Assembly: GCA_964106645.2 (NCBI GenBank)
Contig: OZ067048.1
From: Podarcis pityusensis
Taxonomy: Eukaryota
Strand: one strand, 5' to 3'
Length of the DNA stretch: 64,000 bases
The position numbers and the translations under genes were made by a program. Under the pieces are notes generated by a model. The model was given only the letters and a program-made list of their open reading frames with translations. It was not told where the DNA came from and made no database searches. Positions 24,364-35,850 of the stretch are shown here, in pieces; within the stretch, counting starts at the first letter, position 1, and the number at the start of each line of letters is the position of its first letter.

Positions 24364-24369
24364 TTTAAT
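24364..24369 (-). terminator. Candidate distal MCTP1 poly(A) signal ATTAAA, implying a 3'UTR of about 1.9 kb
   Basis: tttaat on + strand; upstream TGTA and downstream actgtgtg in transcript orientation; 24350-26219 is AT-rich with no recognisable repeats, as expected of a UTR. Confidence 0.4.
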
Positions 24370-26219
24370 GGCATAAATAAGTTAGGTCAGCATTTTGTAC
24401 AGAGGGAAAAAAAGCCCACAGAATGATAGATAATAGTAAGTGAACAAATCAAGAGAAAAGTCTTCATGTATTATGTAACAGGTTTTCACTGTGAACAAAA
24501 TATTCCAGACTAAAAGAAATTATCAACATTAATACAGACGATTCAATAGGTTGACTTCATTAATGGCATATTTGTTCATCAGCAATAAACAGAGACACGA
24601 CCTGCATACATGTGCATATTGAATAAGTCACGATCACCTGGCTACATAACCAGAACATGTTCGGGTCAAGTCTTCCCTGCAGATACATAACTTGTTTGGC
24701 ATTCTTTCAAGCATGTTGTATAAATAGGCAATTTCAAAATAGTTCTTTTGTAAGAAACAGCAACACATCTCTAAGATAAAAATAATTTTCAAAATCAGCT
24801 TTCATGAGAAATGTAGTTTAAGAATACCTTTAGATGTAAATTAATGTATATACATTTTCCTGTGCATATACTATTGAATATTTCTCTCTCAAAAAAAGTA
24901 CTATTTTAACAGTAAGTAGTGCAATAGAATCTGGTAAGCAGCCACCACGCAGACTGAATGTTCTGTAATGAAGAGTGTGGAATCTCTTTCCCCCCTGAGG
25001 GCACAAATCCATTAGTTCTTAATTGGTCCTTTTGACATCCACTGCAGGTTTTCTGTAAGGACTACATGATAAGGTCCTTAGGTGTACAGACTCAATTCAA
25101 GAGCTCCACTGGTCACAGTTTAAGAATATATTCCTAGCCACTCATTATGCAATGGCAATGTTTTGAAATGTAAACCATATTCCCATCTGCCACAATTTAA
25201 AAAATGCTTTCCACGCAACAGGGCACTTAACTATCAGGAGGACTGATTAGGTGAATCAAATGAACAAACAAAACAGGTATATAAATTCAGCCCACATTGT
25301 TTCTTTTTCATTTGCCACAGTACTAGGTCAAGTGCTATGCTGTAAAGCCTTTTAAAATGGCCTTTTGATTAGGAAGCAAACAGATTTTAGTATTGACATA
25401 CTATATGTGCACAAAAGGTGTTCACAGCCTGACACCTGAAGCAATATGGTTTTAATCTGATAATATTTATTTCACTACTGAACGATATGGAGGTTCTCCA
25501 CTAGGCTAAGTAAGTACAAATCAAGATTAGTGGCAATATAAAAAGTTAAAGATGCAATCCGTTATAAACCTGGCAGTATTTTAGATACAGGTATATATAT
25601 TTTTCAAAGTCTTGTGGTGGAATGATAAAAGTGTTAAGAACTTCTTTAAATCTTTGGAGCTCCAGTAAGACATTTGCGTTTAGTGTATATATAGCTTGCT
25701 TTTTAGGCAAGCCATAGTCAGTTTGTTTATTTGCAGCAGGGTCTAATTACAGTTTTATTTCTTTTGGATGAAACACACAAATAAGTGCCTTTGCTCTGTT
25801 CTTCTGGCAAAATGTATAAAATATAAAAAAGAGTGATCTTCTTTGGATAAAAGGATGGGTCATGCATAAATCCTCAGTTAGCTTTTAAAAATTAACCAGA
25901 GCATGAGTTTAAAAATGTATCTTTTACTTATCCAGTCATGTGTGCCTATCATATCACTTACCATTTCACATTCATGCTATAAATGGACTCCAACAAAACT
26001 TCAGCTTAAACTAAATTTGAAGCATTCGTCATAACTCTGTCCAACTTCAAGTGCAATTTCACTGATAAATCCCTTTGTACAGTATTTATAAATTTTCCCA
26101 TTATGAATAAAAGGCAAAATAAATAAAGCTTAGAGAGAGGAAATGCTCCTTAGGTCTAGAGCTTTTTAGTTTTATTTTCCCCTTGAACAGATGATGGTCT
26201 CCTCAGCACACGGATTTGG

Positions 26220-26291
26220 CTAGCCAGGGTTGTTTTTCTTCCTCTTACTTGGACTGTGGGTAGGATCATGTTTCAGTTCTTGGTACTGCAC
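26220..26291 (-). CDS. MCTP1: MCTP1 terminal coding exon, VQYQELKHDPTHSPSKRKKNNPG*
   Basis: Minus-strand acceptor aaacag|; TAG at 26222-26220; matches the recalled MCTP1 C-terminus VQYQELKPDPSHSPYKRKKNNLG. Confidence 0.95.
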   Translation of the reverse strand: MQYQELKHDPTHSPSKRKKNNPG

Positions 26292-26575
26292 CTGTTTAAA
26301 CACAAAGTTAAGAGAAATTTCAACTCAACATAACCACAAGATTTTTTTTTAAAATATCCATGCAAAGGAGTAAGGAAGTATTCTTGCTATCACACCCACA
26401 AGCTATTTGAGCCCTGCACCCAAAGGTCAAATACTTTAATGTATTGCTAGGAGGAAAAGCAACACAAGGAAAATAATGCCAGGAAATAATGCAGTATGGT
26501 GGCAGAAACTTCAGTGAAGTCTCCCCCACAGGATACGACTTTAAAAATGAACAGTACCTACTTTATTAACTTCTT

Positions 26576-26716
26576 TACAGAATTGTAGAGTTTGAAGGGA
26601 CCACAAGAGTCATCTAATCCAACCCCCTGCAGTGGAAAAACCTTTTGCCCAACATGGGACTCCAACCTATGACCCTGAGATTAAGAGTCTCTTGCTATAC
26701 CAACAGAGAGCTCCCA
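26576..26716 (-). mobile_element. tRNA-Lys(CTT)-derived SINE with CR1 tail, in the last MCTP1 intron
   Basis: Keeps the anticodon arm gagactcttaatctc and agggtcataggttggagtcccatgttgggc; same tail as 16129-16264. Confidence 0.82.
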
Positions 26717-27432
26717 GTTGTATAATGACATCCTCAAAATAATGTGGCCCACCTTGTCAGGAACTTAAAAACTGCAGGTATCCAGGTGTCTTTCTACTGA
26801 TGTTTCAGCTATTTTAAACCAGTTTCAAATTCAACCCTCAGTTAATGGAAATATTCATAGCAAATAAAATGTTTTATATAAACAGACAACACACACATCT
26901 GCAAATATGATTTTATGTGCAGAGTGTGCAACAGCCTTACATTTTTGAAAATGTCCCCATCATGCAACGAACTGTTCAAGAATAATTTCCACCATCAGCG
27001 AACGGTGGCGACAATTCCATATGGCCATCTTGCTGCTATGAAATACTGGGCAAAGTTGTCTGCTCATGCTTATAAGCTGGTACCTTCTGCTTTCATCTTC
27101 CTGTTTGCTACCACAGGCTATGCATGGTTGAAGAGAGGAGGGTCTGGCAAAACAGCCTGGTGCTACACTGTCTCTATATCTGGCACAGGGGCCTGCCAAG
27201 TGGGATGCTTTGCCGCCGCCACCCCCAAACAGCAGGCCTCTGTGACATATACATAGGCCTATTTGGAATGCAGAACTAGTTTTAAGATTTTTTTTTTTTT
27301 AATCCTATAAAATCCCCGCAAAAGAAACCCATGCCTATTACAAAATCCATAGACAATAAATAATGAATGGAAGCTTTTGAGATGCTTCCTTGTTATATAT
27401 ATATATCTGTCTGTCTGTCTGCCAGAACTGTA

Positions 27433-27664
27433 AGGTAAAGGGACCATTAGGTCCAGTCGTGGCCGACTCTAGGGTTGCAGCGCTCATTTCGCTTTATTGG
27501 CCGAGGGAGCCGGCGTACAGCTTCCAGGTCATGTGGCCAGCATGACTAAGCTGCTTCTGGCGAACCAGAGCAGCACACGGAAATGCCATTTACTTTCCCG
27601 CCGGAGTGGTACCTATTTATCTACTTGCACTTTGACGTGCTTTCGAACTGCTAGGTTGGCAGGA
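27433..27664 (-). mobile_element. Sauria SINE, 5'-truncated, in an MCTP1 intron
   Basis: Body resembles the recalled lacertid Sauria SINE consensus (ggtcatgtggccagcatgactaag...ggtacctatttatctacttgcac); cctttacct tail on - strand; perfect 12-bp TSD gccagaactgta at 27421-27432 and 27665-27676. Confidence 0.92.
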
Positions 27665-27827
27665 GCCAGAACTGTATTACATTAACGTATTACATTAAAA
27701 ATTGCCAAAATGTGAAACTTTAGCATCATGTGAAAGTACACTTTAGCATCATGTGGAAAATACACATAAAATTAGCACTGCCTGATAATAGTAATTAATG
27801 AGTTTAAGATCAAAGTCAAATGCATAC

Positions 27828-27925
27828 CCGTTGCACATCTGAAGGAACTCTGGAAAGGAAATCAAGTACTTCATTGTTATCGATTGCATATGGACTTCGG
27901 AGCTTCTTTGTAAATTTATTGATCC
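27828..27925 (-). CDS. MCTP1: MCTP1 coding exon, [33 protein letters not shown]
   Basis: tttag| ... |gtatgc; 98 nt; MCTP signature [15 protein letters not shown]. Confidence 0.96.
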
Positions 27926-28211
27926 CTAAATAAAGTGATAAATCATATTAATACATTGTCCAGTGGCTCTTACAATGATATTAAGACACAATTGGCTACA
28001 AACCCATTCTTGCCAAGTGCTCCTATTATTCTCACTTTTCTTCCTTTCTTCCTTGGGGCAGAGGGAATTTTGATTTTGCCTTCTGGTCCCAACCAGTAAA
28101 TCAAATGAACATTTTTTACTAACTAAAGGCCTCCCAAGTTTAGTGTTTAATTAAAACACCTTTTAACTCTCACTAACCACATGCCGTTCTACAGTGCTGG
28201 TTACTTTAAAG

Positions 28212-28343
28212 CAAGACTAGCCAACATGGTGTGCTTAAGATGATTTTGGACTCCCATCATGGTCAGCAAGCATGGTCAATGGTCAGGGATGGCAGAAATT
28301 GCAGTCCAATAACATCTAGAGGGCACAATGTTGGCTATTCCTG
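28212..28343. mobile_element. Degenerate palindromic hAT MITE
   Basis: Inverted tagccaacat (28218-28227) and atgttggcta (28328-28337); flanks ctttaaag and ctctaaaa. Confidence 0.72.
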
Positions 28344-28852
28344 CTCTAAAATACACACAAATGCACACTTTAAAAAAATGTATGAAGCAGCCTGTGTAAT
28401 ATACATGTATCTTTTTCTGTTCATTTAAAGGTGACCTCTCATTGCTAGTTCATAGGAACTGCCTCTATATATTTCCATTTGATAAAAGGCTAAACAAAAG
28501 CATATTGTCCTAAATGTGCTATATAAATTGAAATGCCACTATTTTTATATAAGTGGTGAAAATAAATCAGAGTTATATCTAGACAAAGCTACAGTTTGAT
28601 ATATGAAGAATCCTCATGGATACATGTTTATAGCATGATTAAGTCTAAGATGCTGGGCAAGAAAAATGTGTTTTGCAGGTGAGCCTAAATCTTTACACAG
28701 TTGTGATTTCTAACTAACCTGTCTGTTTCCATCATGTAGTAGCTTCATGATCATAAATACAGAAAACTACTGACAATATAACTCATCCCTTATAAACAGT
28801 TTGTTCTATGTGGCATAGACAGGTTTGGAGGGGAAAGAAAGGCTTTACTTAC

Positions 28853-28962
28853 CCCAGACAAGGACAATGTATCTCAGTGGAGTGAAATACAGGATGACTG
28901 TGAACACACAGAGGGCAACGATTGCCAGCCAGCTCAAGAACGGAACAGTCCAATTGAATGTA
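28853..28962 (-). CDS. MCTP1: MCTP1 transmembrane exon, [36 protein letters not shown]
   Basis: ttcgttcag| ... |gtaagt; 110 nt; hydrophobic hairpin with FNWTVPFLS and PLRYIVL motifs. Confidence 0.96.
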
Positions 28963-30182
28963 CTGAACGAAAAAATTAACAGAAGTAAGGCATGTGGTCT
29001 CCTCCCATCCCTTCCTACCAACTTCTTAGCAATTTGACACACTGCCAAATTGAACATGATATTGTAATGAAATGAAATGAGGAAGGGGAATCAAATACTC
29101 TGGGACCCTTCGGTTTTTAAAAATAGTTGCAAGGTTGTATTCTGCAGAAAGAGAGACTACTGAAGAGGTCAGACTGATTGGACAAATTTAGCCTGGCAGA
29201 TTCCCTTTAGTTGAGAAAATGCCCCTTTGCATAACTAAAGAGATGGTGAAGTAGAGGTGATCTTGCTATGTCTTTCTTCCCCCTGCTTCCCCAGTTAGAG
29301 GTTATCTCCTCAAGGAACCTCTCCATCTGAAAGACAACAGTAGACTTGTAGCCTTGGAACAGAGTCTGAAATGCAAGAGTCCCCTAAGAACCAAATGGCA
29401 GAGTAGGATGAGTGAACCTTCCATCTTATGCTGTTTCTGTATAAATAAACCTGATTTCACATACAAGTCTCCAATTACCTTCATTCCAATAAAAACAACA
29501 CAGGGCACATGCAGGAACCCCTAAAACTTCTCACCGCTCAGAGCTTGGTGAGATCCTGCCCCAAACAGGTGCTGATGGCGGTGCTGCGGGAGAGGCAGGA
29601 GAGACAAAACACAACCTGCTGCCCTTGCACAAGGCTCTGATTTTTAAACACACTCATTTTCATTGAAATCAGTCAATGTTGCTTTCAAGTGAGTTCTTTA
29701 GGAATGGGTGTAAGTCTCTGAAATCCTTTTGATTCTACCCACCCCATCTTCTCAGGCTCTTGCGCTGAAGTTGCCCAAGAGCCCATACAAATAAACTGTT
29801 TGCCCCACATCAGCACCTAATGTGCTCTTGCCATTTGGCAGGATGATACAGAGTACCAGTTATTCCCAAGAGTGTCAGGGGCAGCTTGGCCATCTGCATG
29901 GTCTCTCTTGTCACAAAGTGTTAAGCCTATGAACTATGACTCAGAATTATTTCTTCCTTCAGAGATGCACTGCTATTACTGTTCTGTACTACATATTTTT
30001 TGTAAAATCCCGATAAAAATTACAAACAGAGGCAAAACATGTATAATGTTATTTTGCAATGTACATCACAACAATGTTTTCTGTCTAAATTAAAACAGGT
30101 AACATTTCACAATTTCCTTGGGGAAACACGGGCATGTGAACACCATCTGAGAGCAACTGAGCACCAGTGTGTCAACACTCAC

Positions 30183-30292
30183 TTCTTTATTCTTTCTCCA
30201 AAGGAAGCCACTTCATCAAGGATGTTCTGGACACTGACACACACTTCCTGGATGGCATAGAGCTTATTCATAAATCCTTTCTTTTCACTGTC
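30183..30292 (-). CDS. MCTP1: MCTP1 coding exon, DSEKKGFMNKLYAIQEVCVSVQNILDEVASFGERIKN
   Basis: ccttag| ... |gtgagt; 110 nt; VQNxLDEVASFGERIKN motif. Confidence 0.96.
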
Positions 30293-30388
30293 CTAAGGAT
30301 TATGAGAAAGAGGCCAAATCAGCAATCAAAGGCATACTGGAATTATTACAGTTTTCCCTAGAAACACATGGAAGCCACCATTAAAATT

Positions 30389-30416
30389 GTGTGTACGTGT
30401 GTGTGTGTGTGTGTGT
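30389..30416 (+). repeat. Interrupted (TG)n microsatellite
   Basis: Direct reading. Confidence 0.9.
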
Positions 30417-33400
30417 CACACACACATTGTGGAATTGGTTATTTTCCTGTACTTTGAACTGTGTGCACAGAGGGCATATAAAACGAGTACGCAATAGTGG
30501 CTACCTTCATCTGTCACTGTATCAGTTTCTTAGATATATGTTCCAATAATTCAGCAACTTGGTTTATTATTATTATTATATGTTCAGGATGCCAATTTCA
30601 TATCCTGTGCACTTTGGTAAGAGATAAGTATCAGTATATTACCAGCTCACATTTCTGAAATGCATTTTCTGCTGCTGACAGGAGTATATCTACATTTCAA
30701 GATAATAAAAGCTTCTTTGGTGAAGTAAGAAACCAGACACACCTGGATTCTAAGGACAAGCACTTCAATTTTCCAGGGTTCGGCAATGTTTCTGTGCCTT
30801 TCCCCCACTGTATTAGAAAAGAGTGGTGGTATGTTGTTCTTAATCATAGGGAAGTAAAAGTACACATTTTGGAAATAAATTAACTTCAGTACCGGTACTT
30901 GATGCACAATGGCTCAGTGCAGACAAAGCATGGTTTGCCATAATGTCAAATGGGCAAAACATAATTGGCCAATAAAGTGGAATGTGGACTCATGGTACAA
31001 AATGACTGATTTGGCAAACTAAGACTAATAAGACTAATTGACTTTCGCCGTTGACCTATGATATGCCTTACTATATCAACTGACAGTCCAATGAAGCCTA
31101 AAACATATTAATATGTGTTAAAGGCCCATGGATGTCATGAGCAGGATTGGATAGGTTTTTGGGAGGAGAAGCTTGAGCTCCTCCTGTTCCTCTCTCCTTC
31201 TTCCCCAACTTCAAAACTCTATGTCCAAAACATGGAGCCAAATCATTAGTTGGGATGATAAAAGCTTTATAAATGCACAGCATGTTTTAAACATACAACA
31301 ACACGCAAATTTTAAAAATGTTCAGAGACCAATGCCATGACAATGTCATTCCACCACTTTAAGACCAAACTGCAAGGAGTATCATAAAAGTTATGTTCTC
31401 TGTAGTAACTGTAATAATTTTGGTATATACACTTTGCCACAACTTTGTTAATAGTTTATCTGAATGTTTATCTGAATGAATAAACATCTGAATGTTTATT
31501 GTTGTTTTATTTTTATGTAATTGTTTCATGTCATATGCTCTATTGTAAACAAAGATTAATCTCAATGCAACCTTGTTAAACAGTTTAAATATGAAAATTA
31601 ATAAAAGCTACATTACAAAAAAAGAAAAGTTCTGTTCTGTTTCAATATGTCTTAAGGTCTAATACGTAATAGTTTATTAAAATAATATTGGCTTCATTTT
31701 TTTGCACCATTGTTCTTTAGAAACTGAACTGGAAGAATAAATCATCAGGTAGCATTTAAGTACCCAAATATTACTGAACTAATTGTAATGATTCAATAAA
31801 CATTTGGATGCCATTCATGCTTAGAAATGACAACGCATTTTTTTAAAAAACACTTTGCAAGGGTCACTGTGTTTCCCTTGTCCCTGTGAAAATATTAGCC
31901 CCAAAACCCTGTTCTTAATGATCCATGCCACTTGGATAACATACATCAAACTATACCCTGGTATTTCCTAAGTGTTTATCTCCTAAGGGAAAACCTCATT
32001 CAGAAATCCTACATATAGTAAGCATGGTTGTGTAGTTGTATCCAAAGCTGTAGACCTCTAGGATATATAGGATTTTATTTTAATTAGTCATTTTGCTGCT
32101 GCAGCATTCTTTCCAGCAAATTTGATGATATAAGAGGACCATGAAACAATTATTCTGTTCATTAACTACTAAGTAAACAATAATCCAGCCTCAAGTCACA
32201 ACTGTTTTCTGTTCCTACTTATGCCTCTTCAGTTTAGATTCCCAGATCTAAGCGTATCTTGATTCATCATCAAGTATTGTGTGGAAAGAATGCTATCAGA
32301 ATAACAAAAACCATACCCCTTTCTCATATCTCTAGAGCTCAATAGAGATTTATTTGGAAGATCCTGAAGCTATTTTTCTTTACAAATATTTTAACAAGAC
32401 CAACTTGTACCTTCTTGAATGCACATCTGTTCTAAATTTTCCCCCTTAATGGAAAGGACCACTATACTGCCTGCATTCCCACTGCTCACTCCTCTTCGGA
32501 GCTTAAAGGAAATTTGTTGACATATTCTGAGGCAAGCATAGACAAAACAGCATAGGAAAGAGGAGGCAGCCAGAAGGAGAAGGGTTGAGGTTTGCTTAAA
32601 CTAATTCCACATGCCCCATGAACCATTAGCTGTTTTTTATTTCCTGTTCCAAAGATTTTCAGAGAAAATAATCCGGGCTGGAAAAATGCTACACTTTTTC
32701 CTAGTACGCTGCTGTGTGAGCCACCTTCAGCGAACCAAAAGTCCTTAATAATCAATTTTTCAAACACTACTGGTATTTCCTGTCCAAACAAAGATGGACT
32801 GTAACTGGAATCAATTTTATCATCTGTATGGTTACAAGTGCCAACTTTCTGGAAATAATTGTCTTTTAAATACTGGGTAAAAGTGCAAACAACAGTTTTA
32901 TAGCTATTTAATTTCCATTGTATGTTTGTGTGTGGTTAGTTTAACAAAAGCAAGGGGTTTTTTTGTTTGTTTTTACAGGGGAGCAGATTGGAATTAAGTA
33001 TTAGAGTTATCAGGTTAATCTTGTTGCTTGTCTGGAATTCACAAAAATCAAAAGGAATTCAGTGTGTGTGAGGTAAAAATTTGTTCCTTTAACTACTCTG
33101 CAGTAACTTTTATAAGGTGGTATAATATGCTACCTAGCAGAATAAAATATATAGACCTTGTTGATTCCACATACTACCCAAATAATTCGAAATCCAGTAC
33201 AGTACAATTTTCAAGATGGGTGTTTCGTCAAGATTCTGAAAAATCTTCTGCCATTTCGGTTACTCATAAATAAATCAGCAGGTCAGGATTTCCCCTCAAA
33301 GCATATTAATGTATTAAAAAGGCAAGAACAAAAAGTGATGCACATTATTTACTTTTGCCCTCTCCTCTGGGAGGCCAAGCAGGGCTCCTAATTGGCTGGC

Positions 33401-34221
33401 TGGGGTAGACTCTCCATACGGCGAACAGCTTATGAAATGGAGGAAAGTTTTCAAAAGCAGTTTGTGATATTACAGAAAGGCTACCTGCTGAAAGAAACCA
33501 AAACCATCTAGTGCAGGCTCTTTCCCCCCTTAATGACAGAATTTGGGCTGCCGCACCAGATAGTTCACAAAGTTCTAGGCCGTTTTTTCAGACACAGAGC
33601 ATTCCAGAGAGTGACATATGTCAGTGAGAGCTGGAGGACCTGCTGTAATAGTCAGATGCATATTTCTAGCCTGCGCTTAACGTCATGATAGCTGAATGAA
33701 GTGTTACTTCTGTTTGGAAACATTTAATTCAGGGTTTGATTTGAACATCCTAGAGGCATATTGAAAACACACCAGAGGCAGAATTTCTGTGGAGGGGCAG
33801 TGGAAACAGAATTTGCAGAATTCTGTCAGCATGGTTTGAAATTTATGAGTTCTTGAAATGGCTTTTGTAGCCATGGGAACTACAGAACGCTGAAGAAAAC
33901 AATCAGAAATGTAAACAAGCAGAGATCTCAGTCTTCTGAATCTGTAAGAAGGGAGCAGGATATATTCTAAATGCCAGGTTTATGAAGATGCAAAATCTTG
34001 CTGCAAGGATTAAGTCCTTACTTGTTTATTCTAATTCTGAAAGAATCCCATGATTAAAAGATTCTGAGAAACTGCATCTGAGATAACACAGTAAAGAACA
34101 CAACCTTATACAGCTTTACTTTATATAGCTTTACTCAGAAGTAAATTCAGCTATGTTCAATGGGCTTGCTCCCTGGTAATCTGTAGCCTAAAATCTTGCA
34201 GTGCATCCTCACATCCTAACA

Positions 34222-34345
34222 CATGGGTCAGGAACCTGTGGCGTCCCAGAAATCATTGGGACTCCAGCTCCTGTCAACCCATGTGGTCCATGTCACAGAT
34301 TAACAGGAGCTGCTGTCCAACTACATCCAGACTACTCCTGTTTCG
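34222..34345. mobile_element. Degenerate palindromic hAT MITE
   Basis: ggactccagctcctg ... caggagctgctgtcc inverted core. Confidence 0.55.
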
Positions 34346-34762
34346 GGCTCCAAAAAGTCACTTGTGTGCCCTCTAGCACATTTTAAGCTGTGTCTCAAAC
34401 AGACCAAACTATTCCCCACCCCCGAATGAATTGTGTTAGGCATGTGTGCTTTTTCTCCCTGTTGGGTTTAAAAAAAAAAAAAATCTTCTAGACTTCACCA
34501 TACGAGTTCATCCAAGTATGTAAATACATCTCACCTGTTTCTCAGTGGTTCCCCTTTTGCCTCCTATCCTGTTTGCTCTCTACCAGAGTTCAATATTGGA
34601 GGGAGTAACATGTTTGAAAATTAAGTCTTTGGAAATGGAATACAGTTTACTTTCCTTAATGTGATATGGCACTTCAGTCAGCTCTATCTGAGTTTAAGAA
34701 AAATCTAGCAGAATTATCATGCAAATATTTTTTAAAGTTCTTGTAGCACATAGCCTGGCATT

Positions 34763-34998
34763 TCATAGAATCACAGAATCTTAGAGCTGGAAGGGACCCA
34801 AGGGCCACCTAGCTGTCAACCTTCCCTTTTTTTGTGGGAAATTCCCTTATTCCAGCACCGTTTCCCGCTGCTTCCCACTGCTATCCTGGATGGTTAGATA
34901 TCCCGTAGAATGCCCCTGGGACAGGTGAGGCTGCTGATCCCTTATTTTCAAATCTGAAAGTTGACAGCTATGGTCCTACCCCCTACAATGCAGGAATC
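34763..34998 (-). mobile_element. tRNA-CR1 SINE tail interrupted by a MITE
   Basis: catagaatcacagaatc...ggaagggacccaagggcca (34763-34807) resumes as gtcctaccccctacaatgcaggaat (34973-34997). Confidence 0.75.
34808..34972. mobile_element. MITE (non-autonomous DNA transposon) nested in the SINE
   Basis: Perfect inverted repeats tagctgtcaac (34810-34820) and gttgacagcta (34960-34970), 12/13 when extended; internal repeated cccttatt. Confidence 0.75.
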
Positions 34999-35818
34999 TC
35001 CTAGCAAGGGGCATGAACGTGCTCAGGCTGGGACCCCCACAAATCACATCTTGCTAATGCTGGCATGGAGGATAAGATTTGAGGTGAAATCCTTGTTCCA
35101 AACTAAGCTCTTATTGTGTCTTTTAAATGCATCACTATTTAGATCTCAGAGTAAACCATCTGGGGCAGCAATCCTTGCAAGGTGGATCAGACAAAGGCCA
35201 GGACAAAGATGTGCAGCTCTACAATGTCTGAATCTACAAATTTGATATCCCCGTGTATAAACGGAGGAGTTAATACATCACGTAAATGTGATAAAGGCAA
35301 GCATTTTGACTGCACATCTAACACACAATGTTTCCGCAACACTGGCACTGTTTGGGCCTCTGTAAAAACATTTTCCTCCCCAAAATAGTACTTATGGCTC
35401 ATTTCAGTGAGTCTCAAAGAAAATATCACCAGCTACAATATAAGAATTCAATGACAGCACTCATCTCCAGTATTTGTCAGGTAGGTTTTGTATTATTTAT
35501 TGTCTTGTAAATAAAGTTTAAATGCTTTTTTTCCCAGTCTTGGTTGCAAACTATCTACCCATTTTCAGTTCAACAGCAGGGAATAAAAGCTGCCATCATT
35601 TGATGTCTTCCTCCCCCCTCCCCCCCCCGATTCTTTGTGCCTCCTTTCCATGGATTTCATTATAGCTACTGGAGGTATATATTGTCAGATCTAGGGCACA
35701 GCAATGCTAAGTAAACGGGGCGGGGGAGGGTTGTGAAATTTTTATGATCCTTGGAACAGGAGTGGAAGACAGAACATATTCAGCCTCCTGCACTTTCTCT
35801 CCCCCATCCCTCAAAAGA

Positions 35819-35819
<1 letters not shown>

Positions 35820-35848
<29 letters not shown>
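35820..35848 (+). repeat. (TG)n microsatellite
   Basis: Direct reading. Confidence 0.97.

Positions 35849-35850
<2 letters not shown>

Noticed and set aside
26202-26216. REST/NRSE-like tcagcacacgga next to the MCTP1 stop
   Set aside because: Spacing is off by one base and the right half-site is incomplete
26172-26222. Stop-codon read-through extension of MCTP1 (PNPCAEETIICSRGK)
   Set aside because: Context is TAG-CCA rather than the strong TGA-CTAG motif; no conservation evidence available
33612-33623. Perfect 12-bp palindrome tgacatatgtca
   Set aside because: Palindromes of this length are expected by chance in 64 kb
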